A stretch of 63,217 nt of DNA, filler included, from Octopus bimaculoides (Eukaryota): the NCBI RefSeq assembly GCF_001194135.2. It is 6 parts of 6 records of this genome, joined end to end, with 100 filler letters (N's around TTAATTAATTAA, not from the genome) between each part and the next. Parts side by side here need not be neighbours in the genome. Positions count along the whole stretch, not along the records: positions 1 to 30,873 come from NC_068986.1; positions 30,974 to 53,229 come from NC_068988.1; 4 more parts are not named here. The stretch is one strand, 5' to 3'. Shown here in pieces: positions 26,756 to 39,948 of the stretch (position 1 is the stretch's first letter; every line of letters starts with the position of its first letter). The notes below the pieces were generated by a model. It was given only the letters and a program-made list of their open reading frames with translations. It ran no database searches and was not told where the DNA came from. A program made the position numbers and the translations under genes.

Positions 26756-26798
26756 TAACTGAATAGTTTCAGTATTTATAAACTCTTCATCAGAGATC
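26756..26798 (-). ncRNA. degenerate minimal type I hammerhead ribozyme
   Basis: Minus strand gatct-ctgatga-agagtttataaatact-gaaac ta tt c-agtta; core intact, stems partly mutated. Confidence 0.5.
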
Positions 26799-26885
26799 GT
26801 TTACTCCTTTTCAAGACCACAGCATAACTGTGCAATTTTTAACAAGCTGAATTATCTAATTAACAGAAACATTAAACAGTGTCAT

Positions 26886-27075
26886 GGCGGAGAGTTGGCA
26901 GAATCGTTAGCACGCCATGCGAAATGCCGAGATCGACTTTGCCATTCATCCTTTCGGGGTCGACAAATTAAGTACCAGTTTCGCACAGGGGTCGATGTAA
27001 ACGACTTAATCCCTTTGTCTGTCCTTGTTTGTCCACTCTATGTTTAGCCCCTTGTGGGCAATAAAGAAATAAGAA
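26886..27075 (+). mobile_element. SINE family B (B1 tail), internal deletion
   Basis: gcagaatcgttagcacgcc...catcctttcggggtcga..aagtaccagt...tgtttagccccttgtgggcaataaagaaat. Confidence 0.88.
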
Positions 27076-27194
27076 ACAATAAACAATGTTTTGAATGCAT
27101 GGAGACGTGACGTGAACGTACGGAAAACCTTCATAAAATCATATTCTCATGCTCACTCTGATGAACGGATACAGGGTTTGCTCTCTGTCGTAAC

Positions 27195-27240
27195 TGATCC
27201 CTGATGAGGCTGTTTAAACACCTAAAACTAATCGGATTCA
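27195..27240 (+). ncRNA. degenerate minimal type I hammerhead ribozyme (G12A)
   Basis: tgatcc-ctgatga-ggctgtt ta aacacct-(a)aaac ta a t c-ggattca; stems I and II pair; half motif ctgatgaacgg at about 27158. Confidence 0.5.
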
Positions 27241-27432
27241 CCTAGATCCATTGTCTTTTTGTTTGCCTTAGAAAGCAAAACACACGGTTAATATATGGTA
27301 TCTGAATATCTAATTTTTACTGGGTTGGGGATAAAATTAGGAATATGGATTTCCTAAGAGCACGTTCTCGAAAGTTTACTACACAGCTTTGAAAATATGT
27401 GTGAATATATTCGTGCTTGTACCTATGTGTGT

Positions 27433-27821
27433 GTGGAGGCGCAATGGCCCAGTGGTTAGGGCAGCGGACTCGCGGTCGTAGGATCGCGGTTTCGATTCCC
27501 AGACCGGGCGTTGTAAGTGTTTATTGAGCGAAAACACCTAAAAGCTCCACGAGGCTCCGGCAGGGATGGTAGCGAACCCTGCTGTACTCTTTCACCACAA
27601 CTTTCTCTCACTCTTACTTCCTGTTTCTGTTGTGCCTGTAATTCAAAAGGGTCAGCCTTGTCACTCTGTGTCACGCTGAATATCCCCGAGAACTACGTTA
27701 AGGGTACATGTGTCTGTGGAGTGCTCAGCCACTTGCACGTTAATTTCACGAGTAGGCTGTTCCGTTGATCGGATCAACTGGAACTCTCGACGTCGTAAGC
27801 GACGGAGTGCCAACAACAACA
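27433..27821 (+). mobile_element. full-length tRNA-derived SINE (family A1) with 12-bp target-site duplication
   Basis: TSD acctatgtgtgt at 27421-27432 and 27822-27833; A/B-box-like head; (CAA)n tail. Confidence 0.95.
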
Positions 27822-28611
27822 ACCTATGTGTGTATGTATATACACATACATACATACATACGAGCATACATACAGATGAATTTATTTATACATGTGTTCA
27901 CACACACACACACACACATACAATAATGCATACATATATAGCTAAATACATACAGATATCCGTGTATATGTATATGTACATACACTCACGTACATTGATA
28001 CAAACAGACAAACCTCCATAGATACAAATATACACATTAATGCATGGATATACACAAACAGAGACGACTAATGCCAGATTTTATTTCATGTCTCTCATCA
28101 AATTTATTAGCAAGACTAACAAGGTTATCGCTTTTATCTTTGTAAACTTGGGCAAAATAGTTTGTGAGAGTATTTATATTTTCATCACAATTGTTCACAC
28201 ACAACAAGTATGTTACTCACAAACACTTCTCGCTGCACTAATCTGACACTTTATACAGCCTTCTGGAATAGTCACCATAAGAACGGTAGGAGACAGATAT
28301 AAGATTTCGGACACTGATCGTTAATACTGGGAATTTCTATATCAACGGGGATTTACACTAATACCATTTGTTCCATTCTAGAATGATATCTGTGTCTTTA
28401 GATCTGTAATGTCATATGAAACCTTGGATGTAACAATGAGACAACGTCGCCAACGGAAACTAGGATTCCGAAACTATCCTGTTTAAGTTTGCAAGCCTGA
28501 AAAAGAAGACTTTACTGATATTGTTAATAAACCTGTCGAGAGGCGTGAAATGAAAACCGATATTGATTTCTCATCAAGGAACATTGGAAAATTTTACTTA
28601 AGCGAAATCAT

Positions 28612-28930
28612 GGCTGTGAGATAAAAACGTTTGCTTTGAAATCTTATGGTTTGGGTTCGTTCTCACTCCTCGGTACCTTGGACAACAGTTTTCTACGACC
28701 AATTCCTTGTAAGTAAATTTGGTCGACGGAAACTTATGTTGAAGTCCGCTATATATATGTTTGTGTGTTTGTTGGTTGGTTTACGTACCGATTACCTAGT
28801 GGTTCGGCAAATGAAACCGAAATAATAAGCATCAACTTCGAAAAATAAGCACTGAGGTCGTTTTGTTGGACTACAGCATTGAAAGCGGAGCTCTAGCATG
28901 GCCGCAAGTGAAATAAGTGAAAGATGAAAG
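28612..28930 (+). mobile_element. SINE family D, diverged
   Basis: Both halves present around a short (AT)/(GT) tract. Confidence 0.75.
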
Positions 28931-29721
28931 ATAGCACATGGATAAAAGGGTAATAGTTTATAGACAAGGATGTAAGTGGACAGCTGAAACGAAAGGACAC
29001 AGACCGAGGAGGAATAAACTGTACTAAAAGACTGGATTGGTCAGTGCTACATCTCACCTTGAAATTTACTTGCGTGTAAACCACCACCAGGAAAGAACCA
29101 TCACAGTATCTTCTACGCAAAAGACAGTTCAGCTGACAAGAAATCTAAGCTATGCAAAGTTAAATTATTGCCAGTTGTGAGAGAATGTTCTCAAGACATT
29201 TCCTTACAGTGACGTCAGAGCAATTTGAGAACCAAAGAATGAAAAGATCATTTCATCAAATAAAGACGGACACAAAGAATAATAGTGAAGAGCGAAAATA
29301 AAGATACAGCCGACCTGATGTTGGTGCTCATATAACAGAATATAAACATAGTCCTTTGTGAACAGCAACACATTTGCCGTCAGTGTAAAAATAGAGGATT
29401 AATATCGACCTTCAATGATGAACGAAACACCCATGTTTCCAAAGGTGAATTATTCAAACCCCCAAGAATTCCTTTCAACACATGGCTATGATGGTCCCCT
29501 ACTACTTCAGCTAGTGATCCAGAGATGCACATATCGTCAGCCACCGAGAGACATGCTCAAATGGTTAATGTTAAGCATCCGACAAACAAATCTGTGGTAT
29601 TGAGCAGAACATTTGCAGTCGCCCATCTTTTATGCCAAGACAAAACAATGTACATGATAGCACTTCCAATCAGTTGAGATAAGAAGTCATGAGAGCCACT
29701 GTCTGGTATTGCATCAGGACA

Positions 29722-29789
<68 letters not shown>

Positions 29790-29836
29790 CATTATTATTA
29801 TTATTATTATTATTATCATTATTATTATTATTATTA
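29722..29836. repeat. (ATT)n microsatellite
   Basis: Direct reading. Confidence 0.97.
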
Positions 29837-30070
29837 AAGGCGACGAACTGGCATTTCGTCAGCACGCCGGGCGAAATGCTTAGCGGTATTTCGTCTTCTG
29901 CCGCTACGTTCCGAGTTCAAATTCCGCCGAGGTCGACTTTGCCTTTTATCCGTTCGGGGTCGCTTAAATAAGTACCAGTTACGCACTGGGGTCGATGTAA
30001 TCGACTTAATCCCTTTATCTGTCCTTGTTTGTCCTACCTATGTTTAGCCCCTTGTGGGTAATAAAGAAAT
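29837..30070 (+). mobile_element. SINE family B1, near full length
   Basis: Collinear with 26886 and 39949 copies. Confidence 0.92.
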
Positions 30071-30089
30071 AATGATAATAATAATAATA

Positions 30090-30133
<44 letters not shown>

Positions 30134-30873
30134 TACTACTAATACTACTATTTGTGTCCTTGCTGTTGATAATGCTATTATTACGACAGTGAAAGTGGGA
30201 TTGGTAGAAGGACAGGCTTTTGATCTGAAGCGGAAAGAGAAATAAAAAAAAATTTAGTGTGTGAATCAATAAGGTGGGTCAAAATATATTTTCAGCTTTA
30301 TACCACTTTTAAATTGGCATCAATTATTCATGCAGCAACCGAATTTATGAAGAATATACGTCCTATTTTGTATTCTTAGAGAAAGAATGTAGCTCTATAC
30401 TTCATACGCTAAAAATAATCACCATATATGGAAACAAATATCTACACGACCTTGACTAAATATAGGACGATGCAAATCTGCAAGACCTTAAAATTTAAAA
30501 GGCGAAGAGTTGCTTGAAAGATAACAGAGAAAAGAAGACTCTTCTATTTTATATTTGTTACGCCATTACCTCTAGTCATGAGGTCGGTTACATTAGACAC
30601 CTACAAAAGTACAACCGTGCGCGCGCACACACAAAAACACACCCTTACATACATACATACATACATACATGTATGCATAAGTGAAATGAATGGTTATCCG
30701 TCAGTTTCAACGATGAGCTGCTTGAGCCGTTGAATTCTTAACTCAATCAATGAGTGCGAATATACGCCTCGATATACACTGACTATTTAACTATACATAA
30801 TCAGTAGAGCAGTTATCTCAGGATAAATGCTCCACTTATGCTTATATACAATATAATATATATATATATATAT

Positions 30874-30973
30874 NNNNNNNNNNNNNNNNNNNNNNNNNNN
30901 NNNNNNNNNNNNNNNNNTTAATTAATTAANNNNNNNNNNNNNNNNNNNNNNNNNNNNNNNNNNNNNNNNNNNN
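30874..30973. other. artificial scaffold linker 44N+TTAATTAATTAA+44N (also 53230-53329, 55933-56032, 57378-57477, 59378-59477)
   Basis: Five identical 100-bp constructs; the 12-mer gives stops in all six frames. Confidence 0.95.
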
Positions 30974-31016
<43 letters not shown>

Positions 31017-31136
31017 TATACATTTATATTCATATGTGTGTATGTGCATTTGCGTATGCATGTATATGTGCAGATTTGTATGCTTCGATTTGTGCATGTA
31101 TTCTGATGGAGGTTGTTGCATCCCTAGACATGCTCA

Positions 31137-31459
31137 TATATGGTCGTCAAATATGAAATTTGTAGAAAAGGAAATTAAGTTTGTTAATGGTTCATAAATA
31201 CAAGGATTAGTTTTATTCATCAAAGTATGCACCTATATTGTAATTACACTTTTGCCATTTCAACGGTAGCTTGTTCAGCCCGGAAGTGCAAGAGTCTCGC
31301 AATCTAGAGTCAATAAAATCTTGGAAGGCCTGTTTTACAGCATCGTCGGAACTAAAATTGTTCCTATCAAAAAGTTATCCAAATTCTGGAAGAAGTGGTG
31401 GTCAGTGGGGGCAAGATCAGGTGAGTATGGTGGATGATGGAGAACTTCCAACTCCAACT
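31137..31459 (-). mobile_element. mariner transposase C-terminal remnant plus TIR
   Basis: Minus strand LEVLHHPPYSPDLAPTDHHFFQNLDNFL, frameshift, then SDDAVKQAFQDFIDSR..GLNKLPLKWQKC..IGAYFDE*; TIR-like tggtcgtcaaatatgaaatt near 31141. Confidence 0.92.
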
Positions 31460-32142
31460 CCCCCCATACACACACGCAACATCAATTCCCCCAGAAGAAA
31501 ATTTGCCCATGAGATTTGCCCTCTAAACATTAACACAGGACAATTTCTGAGCTGTTGTCCTAATGTCGTCTGCTTCTGATTTGTTTCGATATTTTAAAAG
31601 CAAATATTTTCCTAAACGCTTTGTTTTCCACCGCCCTTTTGTGAAACCCGTCTTCTTCCCTGTAACTGTCCTTCTCTCACCGTCAGAAATTTTTTCTAAC
31701 CTTGTTCTCAAAGACAGCAGCCAAGCCTGTTGCACTTCTATGCGCGCAAACACACACACACACACACACTCACACACACACACAACAGCAACGACGACAA
31801 CAATAACGATAATAACAACAACAATAATAATAATATCAACAACACCGACAAAACAACAATTGAAAGCGCATCATTAATTGCAGTATCTCATTAACCTTTC
31901 GTCTCGGTGTAGGCTTGTCTAAAAATGTCATGGCGACTTCTCTAAAAAAAATGTCAATAAATATCTATTGATGTTTTTTTTTTACAGAATACAACTTCTA
32001 AACACTCCGGAGCGGTGGGACTCGTTTATTTCCTTCCTCACATAATTGCTTCACGCCTTAACTCGTCGTCTCGACTCTCTCAGGCAAATATTGAGAAACA
32101 GAACTGCAAATTAGATTTCCACTGTTCACTCTATGCAAATGA

Positions 32143-32400
32143 AGGTGTCTGGGCATAGTGGTTCGAGCGTTGTACTCACAATCGCGAGATTTTGGTTTCG
32201 ATACCCGGACATGGCCGTGAGTTATGTTCTTAAGCAAAACACTTCATTTCACATTAACCCAGTCCACTCAGCTGTAAATGAATAACTCTGCGACAGTATG
32301 GCGTCTCTTTCTAGGGTAATGTGATTTCACTTACACTTCATGGAAACCGGGTAATCGATCCAGTGAATCTTACAACTCGAAACTATTGCTTATTTGTACA
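32143..32400 (+). mobile_element. diverged CORE-like SINE (A2-type head, different tail)
   Basis: gcatagtggttcgagcgtt...tcttaagcaaaacacttcatttcac...ccagtccactcagctgtaaatg. Confidence 0.7.
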
Positions 32401-32729
32401 TTGTGAGAAATTGTCTTTATCTTTTATTATTTTCTTGAACTCCGATTTTTTTCATTCTATTCTATCCTATGTTACATTAAATTTAATAACGTTTCTTTGG
32501 AAAATTTTCTGTCAATGTTGTTTCTTACTAAACCCAGACTTAGGACTATCATAAGCCGTAGGAAGGAAAGAGCTTAACCCGGCTTCCATGGCATATAAAA
32601 TATCTGAGATTACAACACTCCCACCCCTGGAAGAGACGCCAGTTCTTCGCAGGGTTAGCTTCACTGATAATTGCTGGAAATCATTTACAGTTAAGTGGAA
32701 GACTGGAGAAACTTGAAATGAAATGTCTT

Positions 32730-32905
32730 ACTTATGAATACAACGTAGCGTTCGATCTCTTATGTCCTGAGTTCAAATCCCGCCGACGCCAAGTTCGACA
32801 TTTATCATTCTGGGGTCGATAAAATAAAGTACCAGTCAACATTGGAGTCGATGGTATTGATTAATTCCCTCTCCTCAAAATCATTGGCCTTGTGCGTAAC
32901 TCAGG
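32730..32905 (+). mobile_element. SINE family B2, diverged, next to a minus-strand CORE-like SINE remnant (about 32610-32750)
   Basis: gagttcaaatcccgccgac...ggggtcgataaaataaagtaccagtc. Confidence 0.7.
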
Positions 32906-33738
32906 AACAGTTATCATCCTTAACAACCTCATCTGCCTCCCATCCATCCTCATCATCACCATCATGACTGAAACGGTAAGGTATTGAAATTCCTTTTATT
33001 CGATATTTCCAACCTTGTATCGATTCTCATCACATAGCCGCTGTTTGTATTCACAATAGAAACACACAATAGAAAAATAAGCGTGTTTCAGAAAAGGAAA
33101 AAAAAAACAGGACAAAAATACCCCCCCCCCCCCTTCCACATATTTCTCTCTTAAAGCATATATTAACTTTTACCAACATTTTATCGAGGCCGTTCATTGT
33201 AACAACATCTCATACTCCGTTCATTGATGCTATTCCGATTACATACAAAATATTGTGAAACTAAACAAATTTGTGATCGGAGATAGCCTCAAAGTTATCT
33301 ACAAACATAAATTCCTATTTTATTGACTTTTAAAAGCCTGAAAAAGCAACAGAAACTTCAATTATTTTATTTGTTTTTTAGCAGCTGACTCTCTGATATA
33401 TAACTTCAATGGTTTATACAGAAAGTAACTAAATCCTCAACAAGAGAGAATAATAAATAAATAAACAGAGCATGGCATCTGTTTACATATCGATAGAGAT
33501 GTGGTACAACAATCGGGTACTCGGAGGTGAGACGTCGAAACATTTGATCGACATCGACATTAAAAAAGATTTTTAAACGTTCTCAGGTGAAATTTAATTG
33601 TAAAATGTGTTAATTATGAGTTAATTATTAATATGTTTGTATATTTCTGTATTGTATTCAGACCGGAATTTCTATTGGTGTTGTTGTTGTTGTCGTTATA
33701 GTCGTCGGTGCGGTTGGTACTATTGTTGTTGTTAATAA

Positions 33739-34050
33739 GAAGCGTGTGGTTTAATGGCTCATGATCGGAACGTTGTGGGTTCGATTCCCAGCAGCGTGTT
33801 GTGTCCTTGAGTAAGACGCTTTATTTCTCGTCGCTCCAGTTCACTCAGTGGCCAGCAATGAGTTCTACATGCAATTCAAAAGGTCAGTCTTGTCACATTC
33901 GGTGTATCACACTGAATCTCCCAGAGAACTACGTTGAGGGTATGTGTGTCATTGGAGTACTCAGCCGCTTGCACGTTAATTTCACGAGCAGGCTGTTTCA
34001 TTGATCGGATCAACTGGAATGCTCATGGTCGTCGTAACTGACGGAGATCC
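33739..34050 (+). mobile_element. SINE family A2
   Basis: Collinear with 4826-5143. Confidence 0.85.
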
Positions 34051-34189
34051 AGGCCACTATTGTTGTTTAGCCAGCTGCAGCTCCTATAGTCGGCTCTACT
34101 CAAGCAAATCTATTTTAAATTGTGGAATATAGTATCATAACTAGAGAGGATACCATGGTAACAAAAGTATTCAGACAGGTAGCTTAGGT

Positions 34190-34700
34190 CAAAGACAATC
34201 CATTTGTGACCTCCAATGTTATTTCCACTAACGCATCGTCCTGTTGCCTCTTCTAAGACGATTTAGAGAAATTTGGAGGGAGGGAGATAAAACTGCTATT
34301 TCATAGCAAGGACGACATATCGCAATACTATCACGCAAGTCGTCTTACATCAAAGACAGTCCATCTTTGACCCTCCTGTCTTTGTTTCAGGAATACATCT
34401 CAAAATTTCCTTTGTTTTTTTTCTTTTAGACGGTAGGGCGACATCTGGTGGGTGATTTGGCTGCAGTTTTATAGCAGCGAGGACATTACCGCAATAAGGG
34501 GTACCTTATCTCAAAGACATGTCGCAGTGCTACTAATAAAGGTAAATTATATCAAAGACAGTCCAGTCGTGAACAGCACGTCTTTTGTTCAGGAATACAT
34601 CGTCCGTTGACTTTTTTCTGAGATGATAGACCCTAACTTGAAAAGAGGGATATTTGGCTGCTAACTTTAGCAGACTGAGAAACTAAGTAAAGACCGGCCG
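34190..34700. repeat. three diverged tandem units (starts 34190, 34351, 34553) containing the dispersed gatttggctgct repeat motif
   Basis: caaagaca(a/g)tcca...ttcaggaatacatc...tttggctgc recurs; related motif at about 1860-1900, 2095, 6595, 12020, 60668, 62280. Confidence 0.7.
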
Positions 34701-35144
34701 CCCCCTAGTCGTAATTAGGTTCACCAAGATGTTCAGGTGGAATTCCCCAAGGCTATACCTGTGCGACTACGTCTTATGTGACACATAACCCGGCCTTTGA
34801 ACGAATTTTTGTTGACAAGTCATGTAAAAGTTTCCAAATATTTAGATTACGTTGATAGTTTTTCGGCCTTTGTTGTCTCTAACATCAAAGGTTTCACGTG
34901 CGTCTGTTTCATGTGTATTTATACACAAACACACACACACATATATATACATATATACACATATAACACATACACATACGCACACAGATGCAGATATATA
35001 TATATATATATACAGATATATACGATATACGTATGTAAATATATACATACATACAGATATATACGATATGTGATGAAATATTTGTAATTTAGTCTTTGCA
35101 ATATATGTGTGTGTGTGAGTGTGCATTTATATGGATATAATTGA

Positions 35145-35370
35145 TAAATAGGTTTCAAATTTGGACACAGGGCCAGCAATTTGGTGGGGAGGGGTCTAGT
35201 TGATTACATTGACCCCAGTACACAACTGGTACTTATTTCATCGACCCCGAAAGGATTAAAAGCAAAGTCGGCCGCGGCGGAATTTAAACTCACAACGTAA
35301 AGAAGGAGGGAACACTGCAAAGCGTTTTGTCCTGTCCAGTAACGATTCTGCTAGTTCGCCGCCTTGGATA
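35145..35370 (-). mobile_element. SINE family B2
   Basis: ggccagcaatttggtggggagggg...gaccccagtacacaactggtacttatttcatcgaccccgaaagg. Confidence 0.85.
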
Positions 35371-35656
35371 TTATATACATAACACACATATGTATGTGAT
35401 TGTATAATCGATTGTCATTTAGACATAAGGCCTATCATTTTGATCGAAAGACGTTATTGAACAATTCAATCACCCCCATTAATTTAGGGAAATCTATTTT
35501 ATTTTAGCAATCCCAGGGGAATGAAACACGCCATTAACCTCGATGGGACTTGAACTCAGAACATAAGGACTTACAACATATACTGCGCGGTAGTTTTCTC
35601 ATTTTAATAATTTTGCCAATCCACCATCTTTTCTTCATATAAATATAATACATATA

Positions 35657-35693
<37 letters not shown>

Positions 35694-36167
35694 AAATGTT
35701 AGGCAGGCAGACAGACAGCAAGATATATATATATATATATATATANNNNNNNNNNTATTTGTTTACTACATTACAGGTATTGCCTTGCAAACGTCAGCAG
35801 TATGTTCTGTGTTTTTGACGAGTAAGTTAGAAATGTTGCCCCGAATAAAACATAAACTGTCTTTTTAGCTTTACTGCGATGATGATGATGACGACGACGA
35901 CGACGATGATGGTGATGATGGTGATGAAGATGATGATGATGATGATGATGATATCTTCTATCGTTCTGATCACACTCACTTTCCTCACTTAACTGCTTAA
36001 TATGGTTCACGAAGTCAACTTTCAGGTCATACTACATTCCTCTATTTTGTCACGCAGTTGTAATGCAAGTCATATAAAAGATGTCGACATAACTAGGCGC
36101 GCGTTCCGAACATCCCACACACACACACTAATCTACACGCTTTGTTACATCCGCATATACACACGCA

Positions 36168-36269
<102 letters not shown>

Positions 36270-36383
36270 TATATAGAAACAGAGAGAGACTCGTACGTAC
36301 ATCTGTTTACAAAATTATAGCTTGTTCTACACAATCAAACATGTTTTTTGATATTATTCTTGAGCTCATAAAGTTGATTCATT

Positions 36384-36384
<1 letters not shown>

Positions 36385-36435
<51 letters not shown>

Positions 36436-36440
36436 CATTG

Positions 36441-36480
<40 letters not shown>

Positions 36481-36494
36481 CATCATTTATTATT
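36385..36494. repeat. (ATT)n microsatellite
   Basis: Direct reading. Confidence 0.95.
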
Positions 36495-36690
36495 AAGGCG
36501 GTGAGTTAGCAGAATCGTTAGCGGCATGTCGTCCGTCTTTAAGGTTCTGAGTTCAAATACCACCGATGCCGACTTCGCTTTTCATCATTTCAGAGTCTAT
36601 AAAATAAGTACCAGTAAAATGCTGGGGTCGGTATAATCGTCCTCCCTTTCTCCTCAAAATTTATAGGTTTGTGTCAGTTGTTATTTGGAT
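36495..36690 (+). mobile_element. SINE family B2
   Basis: aaggcggtgagttagcagaatcgttag...gagttcaaat...aagtaccagt. Confidence 0.8.
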
Positions 36691-37749
36691 ATTCAGAGAA
36701 AGGCGACTGGTATTTTACAACACGATAAAGTAGAACGATTAGAAATTATCACATTCACGTGAAACGTCCGAGAAATCTCCTTTATTTTACAAAGAGAATA
36801 ACATGATGCTTTGACATCTGTTTAACGTTTCACAGCGAAGCGATTAAAAACTAGCTTAACTCTTTTAAATTTATATCTGGCTTTCTGGCATACACAATTC
36901 TACATAAATATTTATGCTCTCTCTCTCCCTCTCTCTCTTTCTCCCACCTTATGTATGTGTGTGTGTATGCATGTATGTATACGTGTGTGAGTCTGTGTGT
37001 GTGCGTTGTTATGTATGTATGCATATTAATTTTACCTTTTGGGTTTTAATTGCTGTAGCCATCTATATTACAATGTATTTAATATATCTTAATATGTCAA
37101 TATATTACTATATGTTATTGTATGTTATACACTTCACCCGTTTTGAATTTTAGCGCTCGCTTTTCAACAGTTTTCTTTCTCCTCATGAACGAATGGGAGG
37201 CAGGCTATCTCTTTTAACCGGGAGTAATTGTGGAAAGCAACTGCTACCACAATTTGTAATCTTTCCATTTTATCAATGTGCCATTGGAACATCAACACAA
37301 GTTAGATGAAATGAGGAAACCTACTTCATTGAAAAATATTAGCCAAAGCTTAACCATTTTTAGCATTTTTAAATAAGGACACTTACGTCATTGAAAAAAA
37401 TGTAAAGCAAAACCTAACCGCTTGTAACAATCTATTTTTTTCTAAACCAAATCAAACCTAGTCATTCCTAACATTTTTGATTATCTCCCTTATACCGAAA
37501 AAATCCCTGATTACCTTCCCTTGTCTGGAATTCCATATTTCACAACATAGCGAGGAGATGACACAATATAGGTAAAGAAATTTGAGAAGAAAATACGAAA
37601 CCGGTTATTTCTCCAAAAACAATGTTACTATACGCAAAATTTCATAACATTTTTCTAACTTAACGATTTAAATATATTCTTTAACCTTATGACACAAGCC
37701 TTCTGTAGATTTTTCACTCTATTTTGTCTTTTATATATATGTGCGTGTG

Positions 37750-37786
<37 letters not shown>

Positions 37787-38665
37787 TGACAGACAGACAG
37801 ACAAAGACAGCGAGAGGAATGAGTATATGTGTATAATATATTGAGAATAAGCAAGAGAAGAGGGTGTATTATGTGCGTTTTGAATGCACTATGTAACCTT
37901 GTACACAATCAGACACACATACATGCATATATACCTACATACATACACACACATGCATACACACACATACATGCACATACATATATCTGTATAGCATCGG
38001 AGGCAACTTCTCAACAGATTGCATATGTATCTTATTAATTTGATAGAGTGAAAGCGGTCAACGTATAATGACAGTCTTTCCTATAAACTGTTTAACTGTT
38101 GGGGCACATCAAAGCATGAACTAGCTGGATGTCGAGATGAAAAGAATGAATAATTCATCTCCACTGACTTTTGACAGCATTTGTATTTATATTTATTTAT
38201 ATATATTTATATTTATTTAATATATTTGCTTTTAGCTTCTCGCGTCTATGTTTTCAATGCTTCCAAAATCTATTCTTTTACCCCACTTTCAGTCTGTTTG
38301 ATCCATGCATTTTGATTTTCAAATCGACACTCGAAATATATACATGTGTAGGCGGAAATCGATATAGAGACACACCCAGGTGAGTTTTTTTATGAAGACT
38401 GACATGAGAATATGGGAATAATGTTGGTCAGTTACAACGAAACCTGTTTGAATTGTTCAAAGGCAATGAAGAAAATAAATTAGTTTTGCCAAATACGCCT
38501 ACCTTTACATACGTTTCGTCTGATTGTGTTGTTTAAACTGTAACCTTTTGGTCCTCTCATAATTATTGATCACCTCACAATAAACAACGCCTGATTCATT
38601 GATCCGATAATGATTGGTAATTTACCACAGTATTTATTTATCGGGCCGTTCATTATTTCTCTCTA

Positions 38666-38717
<52 letters not shown>

Positions 38718-39654
38718 GCATACATACATACAGATAGATAGATAGATAGATAGGCATCCGTGACATCTTCGGCAAGTTACTTCTATAGAATTGGGCCGAT
38801 CATTTGGTGGATTTGGTAGACGTAAACATGTATGTATGTCGCGCGCGCGCGTGTGCGTGCGTGTGTGCATGTGTGTGCGTATGTGTGTGTGTGTGTTTGG
38901 TTTGCAAGATTCTTGATGTTAACTCGTGTATTTAAACATTTTTATTACATCTTGGAAAGGTCATCATTGCCAATAATAAACACATGCACTGGTTCTATTC
39001 TACTTCTGTGCTTTTATTTGTCAATTGATTAACCATTTAACCGATCAACTAATTGATCGTTTAATTTATCGTTTGATCAATCAATTATCTGGATTTACCA
39101 AATTCCTTTCAGTTCCATTCGTGGAAGCAGACTTGGCGTAAAGAAACCATGTAACTGCTGAGGTCGCGGAGGGTAACGAAAGCGCCTTGGCAAACTTAGA
39201 TGATTAATTGATTGAACGATTAATCAAACACTCTATGTGTTAATTAGTTAAATAGTCAAAAGATTGGACAAATATAACTAAAGAAGTGAAATAGAATCAG
39301 TGTGTGTATTTTTTATTGGCATAATGAATGTCACAAGATACAAAAAAAAATGTATATTTACATGATACGCTAACAATTTTAACGTTTTACTGAACCAACA
39401 CGATGAGGTTATTAATAGACGTTTTTAACCTCGGGATGTCTTCAGGTTGTATTTGAGTTAATATAATATGAACTCAAGATTGTGAATAACCACCTTCCTA
39501 TCTATGACTGAGGAATTTTCCGTTTCAGAGAAACAACTATTCTTAGAATTATTGTATATTCCATTTTAAAGCTAATCTTCTCCAATAGGCCACGTTCCTC
39601 TATACATTTTGTTATTATTTCTCATTTCAGTAACATTACCTTTAATATTCTTTT

Positions 39655-39810
39655 CTACCCTAGGCACAAGGCTCGAAATTTTTTGTGAGGAGAGGGCCAG
39701 TCAACTAGATCGACCCCAGTATGCGACTGGTACTTGATTTATCGACCCCGAAAAGATGAAAGGCAAAGTCAACCTCAACGGAACTCAGAACGTAAAGACA
39801 GACGAAATAA
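39655..39810 (-). mobile_element. SINE family B2
   Basis: Reverse-strand core. Confidence 0.85.
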
Positions 39811-39948
39811 CATTACCTTTAATATTGTTGCCGCTGTTTTGTAAATGTTTGATCTAGAGGAGGAGGAGGAGGAGGAGGTGTTCACGGACATCACAAACAC
39901 TCCAACACTTAACATAATCTCAATATTAATTTGTCTCCGCTAATTTAG

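Noticed and set aside
27433-27510. tRNA genes at SINE heads
   Set aside because: The heads continue into SINE bodies with TSD or tails; no complete cloverleaf with terminator
29200-29720. Non-repetitive block with partial ORFs
   Set aside because: Stops in all frames and no convincing domain motif
39411-39460. Minus-strand ctgaaga-catcccgaggtt-aaaaacgtc hammerhead-like string
   Set aside because: G12 missing, weak stem II and no stem I pairing
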